Positions 56,918 to 64,000 of a stretch of 64,000 bases of DNA are shown here, piece by piece. Location: NCBI GenBank assembly GCA_965218795.1, contig OZ244653.1, positions 3,232,001 to 3,296,000 of the forward strand. The letters run 5' to 3'. The notes under the pieces are model-generated. The model made no database searches, was not told where the DNA came from, and saw nothing but the letters and a program-made list of their open reading frames with translations. Made by a program: the position numbers and the translations under genes. How positions within the stretch are numbered: position 1 is the first letter of the stretch; each line of letters opens with the position of its first letter. The DNA is from a bacterium (GTDB lineage: Bacteria; UBA8248; JACPRG01; G963555815).

Positions 56918-57370
56918 TTACTGATGGCTTTCATCGCCTGTTTCCCCAATGAGACGATACGTCCCCGATGCTTCCGCCAACACATCTCCGGAAGCATCGG
57001 CCGCCTTGCATTGCAGGCGAGCCACGCTTCCTTTGCGGTGGAGCAGCCAAGATTCGAACGAGAGCTCCTGGCCGATGGGAGCCGGAGACCGGTAGCGCAC
57101 CTCCATCTTTCCCGTGACGGCCTTCAACCCGCGCAGAAAAAACCAGTTGGCCATCACATCGTCCAGGACCGCGCTCATGATCCCGCCGTGCAGCCAGCCG
57201 TCATATCCCTGGTGATGCTCACCCGGAGTGAAGACGGTCCGGCAGAAATCGTCCTCCAGACAGAAGATCAGGCGGAGCCCAAGAGCATTATTGGGACCGC
57301 AAACGAAACAATGGGTATTCGGGCGGGTGGAAATACGCGATGACGGCTGATGTGTAGAAGACTCGGACAT
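56918..57370 (-). CDS. PaaI family thioesterase
   Basis: Motifs CFVCGPNNALGL and HQGYDGWLHGGIMSAVLDD. Confidence 0.9.
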   Translation of the reverse strand: MSESSTHQPSSRISTRPNTHCFVCGPNNALGLRLIFCLEDDFCRTVFTPGEHHQGYDGWLHGGIMSAVLDDVMANWFFLRGLKAVTGKMEVRYRSPAPIGQELSFESWLLHRKGSVARLQCKAADASGDVLAEASGTYRLIGETGDESHQ

Positions 57371-57449
57371 AGGAGTCGGGGGTCACCGCGATAGGAGATG
57401 GGACGAAACCGGCAATCGACCCGGGGCTCAAGCAGGTGGAGGGATTGGA

Positions 57450-57971
57450 TCAGGCCTGTTCTTCGTCCCCGCCGCCTTCGGGGGCCGCCTCCTCATTCGG
57501 TTCCGTCTTCCGCTTGGACTTCTTGGCCCGGCCTTTGATCCGGTCAGAAAGCTTTCTCGCGCTTCCCGACTTCGACTCGCCAGCCTTACTGGAGGCCGCT
57601 TTCGCCTCTTTCCCGCCCCGCTCCACCAACTCCAGATACGCCATGTCGGCGTTGTCGCCGGGACGCGGGGACAGGTGAAGGATCCGGGTGTATCCACCGG
57701 GGCGCTGTGCGTAACGCCGACTCAAATCCTCAAAGAGTTTATGGACGACCGCTTTGTCCCGGATATAGGCGAACGCCTGCCGGCGGGCGTGAAGGTCGCC
57801 CCGCTTGCCGAGCGTGATCATCCGCTCAGCGATCCGCCGAACCTCTTTGGCCTTCTGCCGGGTGGTCCGGATCCGTTCCTTCCCCAGCAGGGAGGTGACC
57901 ATATTCCGGAACATCGCGATTCGGTGAGAGGTCGTCCGGCCCAGCTTGCGACCGGCCACTTGATGACGCAT
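57450..57971 (-). CDS. rplQ: 50S ribosomal protein L17
   Basis: [12 protein letters not shown]...RPGGYTRI, with a charged C-terminal extension. Confidence 0.98.
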   Translation of the reverse strand: MRHQVAGRKLGRTTSHRIAMFRNMVTSLLGKERIRTTRQKAKEVRRIAERMITLGKRGDLHARRQAFAYIRDKAVVHKLFEDLSRRYAQRPGGYTRILHLSPRPGDNADMAYLELVERGGKEAKAASSKAGESKSGSARKLSDRIKGRAKKSKRKTEPNEEAAPEGGGDEEQA

Positions 57972-58010
57972 TGAGATAGCTCCTTGCAATCCATCCGGGG
58001 CTGCGGAAGA

Positions 58011-59006
58011 TCAGCGCTCCGAGCTCACGAGCGCCGGATCTGCGTCTTCGAGCTTCATGCCGAGGGAAAGACCCATTTCGTCCAGAATTCCTTTGATCTC
58101 GTTCAAGGATTTCCGTCCAAAGTTACGGGTCTTGAGCATTTCGGGCTCGGTCTTTTCTACCAACTCGTGAAGGGTCCGGATATTCGCGTTTTTCAGGCAA
58201 TTATACGAGCGGACGGAAAGCTCCAGTTCATCGACGCTCTTCCGCAGGTTTTCGAGAAGTTGCTGCTTGCGCTCGTCCTCGGCGGGTTCCTCCACCTCAG
58301 GCTCTTCTTCAAACGTGATGAATATCTGTAGATGATCCCTGAGGAGCTTGGCCGCATAGGATACGCAATCCTCCGGGCTGAGGCTTCCGTCGGTCCAAAC
58401 TTCGAGAATCAATTTGTCATAGTCCGTCGAGCGGCCCACCCGGGTGTTCTCCACCTGGAAATTCACCCGCCGGAGCGGCGAAAAAATCGCATCCATGGGG
58501 ATGAACTCGGCCCCCACGGATTCGTCCGCGTTGCGCTCGGCGGGAACGTATCCCCGCCCCTTCTTCACAATCATTTCACCCTCGAGCCTGCCGTCCTTTT
58601 GAAGCTCGGCCAAGTGGTGATCGGGATTCAGAATGGCGACCATGCCGTCGGTCTCCAAGTCCCCCGCAGTGACTAATTTCGGACCTTTTGCTTTCAAGGT
58701 CATCCGGCGGGGTTCTTCGTCATCCATGCGAAGGCGAACCTCTTTGAGGTTCAGGATGACGTCCGACACGTCTTCCACGACGCCCTGGAGGACGGAGAAC
58801 TCATGAAACACGCCTTCAAAGTGCACGGCGGTAATGGCCGCGCCGCGGACGGAGGACAAGAGCACGCGCCGCAGGGAATTACCGACCGTAATTCCGAAAC
58901 CGCGCTCGAACGGCTCTGCGGTAAACCGGCCATAAGTATCGGTTAACGTACTGCGGTCGACTTCGACCCATGTAGGTTTTTGAAAATCGGTCCACGTTGC
59001 CTTCAT
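58011..59006 (-). CDS. rpoA: RNA polymerase alpha subunit
   Basis: Motifs [33 protein letters not shown] and [11 protein letters not shown]. Confidence 0.99.
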   Translation of the reverse strand: MKATWTDFQKPTWVEVDRSTLTDTYGRFTAEPFERGFGITVGNSLRRVLLSSVRGAAITAVHFEGVFHEFSVLQGVVEDVSDVILNLKEVRLRMDDEEPRRMTLKAKGPKLVTAGDLETDGMVAILNPDHHLAELQKDGRLEGEMIVKKGRGYVPAERNADESVGAEFIPMDAIFSPLRRVNFQVENTRVGRSTDYDKLILEVWTDGSLSPEDCVSYAAKLLRDHLQIFITFEEEPEVEEPAEDERKQQLLENLRKSVDELELSVRSYNCLKNANIRTLHELVEKTEPEMLKTRNFGRKSLNEIKGILDEMGLSLGMKLEDADPALVSSER

Positions 59007-59075
59007 TCACCGGGCTCCTTTTCGGCCATTCAACCCAATGGCCCATCCAAAACCCCGAATCGACCTCAAGGGGTC

Positions 59076-59714
59076 CTATTTCGAGTAAAATTCTACGATC
59101 AGTTGCTCTTCAAACGGGATGGCCAGATCTGCGCGACGAGGAAGTTCCTGTACCGTAGCCTTTACTTGATCGGCTTCCAGCGCCAGCCAACCCGGAATGC
59201 CGCGCTGCTCGGCGCGGGAGATGGCCTCCTGGACGGGAACGAGCTGCTTGCTCTTCTGCTTGATCTCCACAATGTCCCCGCTCTTGACAAGAAAGGAAGG
59301 GATGTTGACGCGCTTTCCGTTGACCAGAACGTGATTGTGCCGAACCAGCTGCCTCGCCTGGTCCCGCGAATTGGCGAAGCTGACCCGATGGACCACATTG
59401 TCCAGCCTGCGCTCCAAAAACTCCAGGAGGTTGTCTCCCGTAACCCCCTTTCGCTGGTCCGCCATTTGGAAATAACGCCGGAATTGGCGCTCCAGGATTC
59501 CATACGTACGCCGGACTTTCTGTTTCTCCCGCAAATGGAGACCATAGTCGGAAATCTTCCCGCGCCGCATTCCGTGTTCGCCGGGAGCGTAATTCCGCTT
59601 GCGGTCACCGCCTTCGAAAGGACACTTCTGACCGACACATCGCTCTCCCTTCAAATAGAGCTTCATGCCCTCCCGCCGACACAGTCGGCATTTCGGTCCT
59701 AAATATCTGGCCAC
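59076..59714 (-). CDS. rpsD: 30S ribosomal protein S4
   Basis: MARYLGPKCRLCRREG, LREKQK, ERRLDN and IVEFYSK. Confidence 0.99.
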   Translation of the reverse strand: MARYLGPKCRLCRREGMKLYLKGERCVGQKCPFEGGDRKRNYAPGEHGMRRGKISDYGLHLREKQKVRRTYGILERQFRRYFQMADQRKGVTGDNLLEFLERRLDNVVHRVSFANSRDQARQLVRHNHVLVNGKRVNIPSFLVKSGDIVEIKQKSKQLVPVQEAISRAEQRGIPGWLALEADQVKATVQELPRRADLAIPFEEQLIVEFYSK

Positions 59715-59727
59715 GTTGAATCCTCTC

Positions 59728-60129
59728 TCAAACTCTTCTTCGTTTTCGCGCCCGGCAGCCGTTGTGCGGAATGGGCGTCACATCCCGGATCAGACTGATC
59801 TCCATCCCTGCTGCCTGCAACGCCCGAATGGCCGCCTCGCGGCCCGAACCGGGCCCTTTTACATAGACCTCAATGGATTTCATTCCGAATTCCATGGCCT
59901 TCTGCGCGGCGGTTTCGGCGGCGGATGTCGCCGCGAAGGGCGTCCCTTTCCGGGAACCCTTGAACCCAAGCGATCCGGCGCTCGACCATGCCACGGTGTT
60001 ACCCGACACGTCCGAAATCGTGATGATCGTGTTGTTGAACGTGGACTGAATATGGGCAATCCCCCTGCCGATAGTCCGACGCTCTTTCTTCCGCCGACTG
60101 GTTCCCTTTTCTCCACGTTTGGCCATCAT
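59728..60129 (-). CDS. rpsK: 30S ribosomal protein S11
   Basis: Motifs [16 protein letters not shown] and [11 protein letters not shown]. Confidence 0.99.
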   Translation of the reverse strand: MMAKRGEKGTSRRKKERRTIGRGIAHIQSTFNNTIITISDVSGNTVAWSSAGSLGFKGSRKGTPFAATSAAETAAQKAMEFGMKSIEVYVKGPGSGREAAIRALQAAGMEISLIRDVTPIPHNGCRARKRRRV

Positions 60130-60138
60130 TCGGCTCCC

Positions 60139-60507
60139 TTACCTTTTCTTGCCGCCGATCGCGCGCCGGGGGCCCTTCTTCGTACGGGCATTGGTATGCG
60201 TTCGCTGGCCCCGGACGGGAAGCCCCCTGCGGTGGCGGAGGCCCCGGTAGCAACCGATATCCATCAGGCGCTTGATGTTTTGGGTGTGCTCGCGACGAAG
60301 GTCTCCCTCGGTGCGGTAGGTCCGATCGATCATCTCACGCAGCGTGCTGAGTTCGGCCTCACTCAGATTCCGGACACGGACGTTCGGGTCCATACCGGCT
60401 TCCTCCAAAATGGTTTTGGAGGTCGTCTGGCCGATACCGTAGATGTATGTCAAGGCGACCTCAACGCGCTTTTCGTTCGGAATCTCCACACCGCCGACGC
60501 GGGCCAT
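60139..60507 (-). CDS. rpsM: 30S ribosomal protein S13
   Basis: Motifs ALTYIYGIG and [15 protein letters not shown]. Confidence 0.99.
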   Translation of the reverse strand: MARVGGVEIPNEKRVEVALTYIYGIGQTTSKTILEEAGMDPNVRVRNLSEAELSTLREMIDRTYRTEGDLRREHTQNIKRLMDIGCYRGLRHRRGLPVRGQRTHTNARTKKGPRRAIGGKKR

Positions 60508-60568
60508 CGCAACTCCCTTTCATTCGAGCGCACCTGGAGGCTGCGCCCTGTTTATCTATTGTACGACT

Positions 60569-60682
60569 TCACCCCTGGCGCTGCTTGTGCTTCGGGTTCT
60601 CGCAGATCACGCGAAGAATCCCCTTGCGCCGGATGATCTTGCATTTCGGGCACATCTTCTTCACAGAGGCCCGTACTTTCAT
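60569..60682 (-). CDS. rpmJ: 50S ribosomal protein L36 (absent from the ORF track)
   Basis: Hand translation gives [37 protein letters not shown]. Confidence 0.97.
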   Translation of the reverse strand: MKVRASVKKMCPKCKIIRRKGILRVICENPKHKQRQG

Positions 60683-60730
60683 GATCCAGCTCCCTCGGTT
60701 GCCGGGAAAAACGCATCCCCGACCGGAATC

Positions 60731-60949
60731 CTACTTGTACCGGTAGGTGATCCTCCCGCGCGTCAGGTCGTAGGGGGAAAGCTCCATCTTGACGCGATCT
60801 CCGGGCAGAATGCGTATAAAATGCATCCGCATCCGGCCCGAGGCGTGCGCCAGCACCTTGTGCCCGTTTTCCAGCTCGACCCTGAACATCGCGTTGGGCA
60901 ACGGCTCGACGACAGTCCCTTCGACCTCGATAGCTTCTTCCTTGGACAT
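60731..60949 (-). CDS. infA: Translation initiation factor IF-1
   Basis: [24 protein letters not shown]...[15 protein letters not shown]. Confidence 0.99.
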   Translation of the reverse strand: MSKEEAIEVEGTVVEPLPNAMFRVELENGHKVLAHASGRMRMHFIRILPGDRVKMELSPYDLTRGRITYRYK

Positions 60950-60950
60950 C

Positions 60951-61739
60951 CTAATCCTCTTTGGACTCGATTCCACGGGTCAGCACTTCGGTCCCGTTGT
61001 CCGTGATCACAACGATGTGCTCGAAGTGGGCCGACAGGCTCCCGTCCTGGGTGACGACCGTCCACCGATCGTCCTTTTCGCGGACTTCATAGCCGCCAAC
61101 GTTCAACATCGGCTCAATGGCCAAGACCATGCCCGGCCGGAGCTTCGGCCCCCAGCCCGGGGAACCAAAGTTCGGAATCTGCGGCTCCTCGTGCAGATTT
61201 CGCCCGATCCCATGTCCCGTATATTGGCGGACCACCGAGTATCCCCGGCCTTCCGCATACATCTGAATCGCGTGGGAAATATCCCTCAGAAACCCGCCCG
61301 ATATTGCGTGACGGATGCCCTCTTCCAAGGATTCACGCGTTGCTTCCAATAGTCTCGCGGCCTCTTCCGATACCTTTCCGACCGGTACGGTGACCGCGCA
61401 ATCTCCAAAATAACCATCCAACCGGACGCCCACGTCCAGGCTGACAATGTCTCCCTCGTGAAGCTTCCTCCCGGAGGGGATGCCGTGTACGACCTCCTCG
61501 TTGATCGACGTGCACAGGCTCGCCGGAAAGGGGTTCGAGGGGCTGGGGTACCCCTTGAAGGCCGGCTCGGCACCTCCCTTGCGAATCAGGTCCTCGGCCA
61601 GCTCATCCAGATCTCCGGTCGTGACGCCAGGCTCCGCGACCTCACGGACCCGACGCAGAACACAGGCCACCAATTCATTGCTCGCCCGGAGTTTATCGAT
61701 TTCCCGGGGTGACTTGAGCTCGATTCTCCGTTCATTCAC
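60951..61739 (-). CDS. map: Methionine aminopeptidase type I
   Basis: Motifs [26 protein letters not shown] and SAHFEH. Confidence 0.98.
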   Translation of the reverse strand: MNERRIELKSPREIDKLRASNELVACVLRRVREVAEPGVTTGDLDELAEDLIRKGGAEPAFKGYPSPSNPFPASLCTSINEEVVHGIPSGRKLHEGDIVSLDVGVRLDGYFGDCAVTVPVGKVSEEAARLLEATRESLEEGIRHAISGGFLRDISHAIQMYAEGRGYSVVRQYTGHGIGRNLHEEPQIPNFGSPGWGPKLRPGMVLAIEPMLNVGGYEVREKDDRWTVVTQDGSLSAHFEHIVVITDNGTEVLTRGIESKED

Positions 61740-61740
61740 C

Positions 61741-62349
61741 TCACTCGGTCCGGGCGCCGGATGCTCCGGTCTGCTGAGCGGAGGCTTCCTCCCGACCGGC
61801 GCCGGCCAAGGCGGATGAAATCCGTTTCGTTATATCTTCCACACTGCCCGTTCCGTCAACCTCGGTGAGCTTTCCGCGCTCCCGGAAGTACTGAATCAAG
61901 GGCGCGGTTTCTGCTCGATACACTCTGAGCCGGATCCGGATGACTTCTTCACTGTCATCCGCACGCCCACGTCCCATCATGCGCCGGATCAATTCGTCCT
62001 CGCTCACCTCCAGGCTCACAACGCCGTCCAGCTCCCATCCTGCTTCCCGGAGAATGTCTCCCAGAGATTCCGCCTGATGGATCGTTCGCGGATAGCCGTC
62101 CAGGAGAAAACCGCCCGAACAATCGTTTTGCGAAAACCGCTCTCTCACCATCCTTGTCATCAGAGCATCAGGAATCAGATCGCCCCGGTCCATGAACTTC
62201 TTAGCTTCCAGACCGATCGGGTTCTGATGGAGCACGCTCTCCCGGAGCATCTCGCCCGTTGAGATATTGGGAACCTTCCACTCCCCGCAAAGGAGCTCAG
62301 CCTGCGTCCCCTTCCCGGAACCAGGGGGACCTAAAAGAACAATCCGCAT
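61741..62349 (-). CDS. adk: Adenylate kinase (short-LID type)
   Basis: Motifs GPPGSGKGTQ, LDGYPRT and RGRADD. Confidence 0.97.
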   Translation of the reverse strand: MRIVLLGPPGSGKGTQAELLCGEWKVPNISTGEMLRESVLHQNPIGLEAKKFMDRGDLIPDALMTRMVRERFSQNDCSGGFLLDGYPRTIHQAESLGDILREAGWELDGVVSLEVSEDELIRRMMGRGRADDSEEVIRIRLRVYRAETAPLIQYFRERGKLTEVDGTGSVEDITKRISSALAGAGREEASAQQTGASGARTE

Positions 62350-62364
62350 AAGAACGTCGAACCT

Positions 62365-63675
62365 TCAGCCCCTGCGCCCCCGCATGCGGCCCTTCTTGAC
62401 GAACCCTTCGTAATGCCGCATGACGAGGTGGGATTCAATTTGCTGCATTGTATCCATCGCTACCCCGACCACAATGAGCAGCGCCGTCCCTCCGAAAAAG
62501 AACGGCACGTTCAGGAAGCGGATCAAGTAGGTCGGCAAGATCACGACAAAGGATAAATAGATGGCACCGACAAACGTCAGCCGTGTCAAAAGCCGCTCGA
62601 TGTATTCCGAGGTCCGCTTGCCCGGCCGGATGCCGGGAACATATCCGCCGTACTTCTTCATGTTGTCCGCCACATCCATCGGGTTAAAAATGATGGACGT
62701 ATAAAAATAGCAGAAGAAGAAGATCAGGATGACGGTCACGAGGCTGTAGGCAATCGTCCCAGGCGCCAGGCCCTGAGAGACCATGCGCATCCATGGATGA
62801 TCGACAAATTGCGTGATCGTTGTCGGAAACACGATCAGTGAGGAGGCGAATATCGGGGGGATCACACCGGACGTGTTGACCTTCAGCGGCAAGTGGGTGC
62901 TCTGACCGCCCATCATCTTCCGGCCCACGACCCGCTTGGCGTACTGAACGGGGATGCGTCGCTGTCCGGTCTCCATGAACACGATGCCCGCGATGACCGC
63001 CATCATCATCACCAAAACAAAAATCATGACCAGCGGCTGAAGCTCCCGCTGGCCGATCAATCGGAAAGTGTTCAGGATGGCCGACGGAAGATTGGAGACG
63101 ATGCCGGCAAAGATGATCAGAGAGATTCCGTTGCCGATCCCCCGGTCGGTGATTTGCTCGCCCAGCCACATCAGAAATGCAGTTCCGCTGGTCAGGGTCA
63201 GAACGGTCAAGAAGCGGAACCCCCAACCCGGGAAGAGAATGATCGGCGCGCCGCCCGGGGCTTGCATACTTTCCAGACCGATGCTGATGCCCATCCCCTG
63301 AATGAAGCTCAGGACGACCGTACCGTACCGTGTATATTGCGTGATCTTTTTTCTCCCGGCTTCGCCTTCCTTCTTGAGCTTCGCCAGGTGCGGAACGACC
63401 ACCGTCATCAGCTCCAGAATGATGGAGGCGCTGATGTACGGCATAATGCCGAGCGCGAAGATCGCCATCTGGCTGAGCGCGCCGCCGGAGAACAGGTCGA
63501 AAAACGTCAGGAGGGAACTCGCCTGAGCTTGGAAGAACGCAGACAGCGCTGTTCCGTCCACACCGGGCGTCGGGATATGGACCCCGATTCGGTACACCGC
63601 CAAGAGGCCGATGGTGTAGAGGATTCGCTGCTTGAGCTCCGGAACCTTCGCAATATTTTGAAAGCTTCCGATCAC
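62365..63675 (-). CDS. secY: Preprotein translocase SecY
   Basis: Motifs ALGIMPYISASII, WLGEQIT, GVIPPIFA and PGIRPG. Confidence 0.99.
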   Translation of the reverse strand: MIGSFQNIAKVPELKQRILYTIGLLAVYRIGVHIPTPGVDGTALSAFFQAQASSLLTFFDLFSGGALSQMAIFALGIMPYISASIILELMTVVVPHLAKLKKEGEAGRKKITQYTRYGTVVLSFIQGMGISIGLESMQAPGGAPIILFPGWGFRFLTVLTLTSGTAFLMWLGEQITDRGIGNGISLIIFAGIVSNLPSAILNTFRLIGQRELQPLVMIFVLVMMMAVIAGIVFMETGQRRIPVQYAKRVVGRKMMGGQSTHLPLKVNTSGVIPPIFASSLIVFPTTITQFVDHPWMRMVSQGLAPGTIAYSLVTVILIFFFCYFYTSIIFNPMDVADNMKKYGGYVPGIRPGKRTSEYIERLLTRLTFVGAIYLSFVVILPTYLIRFLNVPFFFGGTALLIVVGVAMDTMQQIESHLVMRHYEGFVKKGRMRGRRG

Positions 63676-64000
63676 TCGCCGATCACCCGAACTTGGCCCC
63701 CGGCCGATTCAATCTTGGACCGGGCGGTCTCACTGAACTTATTCGCTTCCACGGTCAGGGCGATCCCCAGATCTCCCCGCCCCAGAATTTTCACGCCGTC
63801 CACCTGCCGCTTGACCAGACCCAAACCGCGCAAGAGTTCTTCATCCACCCGGCTCTGGGCAGGCAGCTGAGCCAAGTCGCCCACATTGACGAGGGCGTAG
63901 CGCTTTTTGAAGATATTGGTAAACCCCCGCTTCGGCAAACGCCGCTGGAGGGGCATCTGGCCGCCTTCGAACCAGGGGTGGATTCCTCCTCCGGAGCGCG
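63672..64000 (-). CDS. rplO: 50S ribosomal protein L15 (5' end outside the window)
   Basis: FEGGQMPLQRRLPKRGF, VKILGRG and KIESAGG. Confidence 0.98.
   Translation of the reverse strand, partial: RSGGGIHPWFEGGQMPLQRRLPKRGFTNIFKKRYALVNVGDLAQLPAQSRVDEELLRGLGLVKRQVDGVKILGRGDLGIALTVEANKFSETARSKIESAGGQVRVIGE

Noticed and set aside
1-64000. CRISPR array, tRNA, rRNA, transposase or prophage genes
   Set aside because: By eye I saw no regularly spaced direct repeats, cloverleaf/T-loop signatures or recognisable transposase or phage motifs. A tRNAscan/Infernal run would be needed to exclude them fully.

Overview
This is a high-GC bacterial chromosomal window. The housekeeping genes look like a Nitrospinota/Tectomicrobia/deltaproteobacteria-grade organism, but that is an impression, not a phylogeny. 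From left to right it carries: (1) a thiol dioxygenase, mobA, ino1 and small redox genes; (2) a decayed SCO/cytochrome c peroxidase/TlpA locus, a LonC-type protease and a CDF transporter broken by a 16-bp tandem duplication; (3) a 12.8-24.2 kb catabolic cluster with an LLM oxidoreductase, an atypical amidinohydrolase-fold enzyme, a Zn deaminase, a THI5-like binding protein, two tandem enamidase paralogues and a three-subunit Mo-hydroxylase; (4) galU, an SDR, the DUF3090/SCO1664 pair and a complete F420 operon (cofG-cofH-fbiE-like-cofD-cofC-cofE) coupled to an HD hydrolase and a methyltransferase; (5) leuCD; (6) a lower-GC patch with a candidate nucleoid/silencer protein and an integron gene cassette bounded by two attC sites, with no integrase in the window; (7) Fe-ADH, an orphan coxMS-like pair, two EamA transporters, lutA and a lutB-lutC fusion, several oxidoreductases and ald; (8) the rplO-secY-adk-map-infA-rpmJ-rpsMKD-rpoA-rplQ operon. 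The best leads are three copies of an unannotated ~150-bp palindromic intergenic element (12.4, 24.2 and 52.3 kb), a possible F420-dependent N-heterocycle ring-reduction/enamidase pathway, the attC cassette array and the extended F420 operon. I found no tRNA, rRNA, CRISPR array or transposase.
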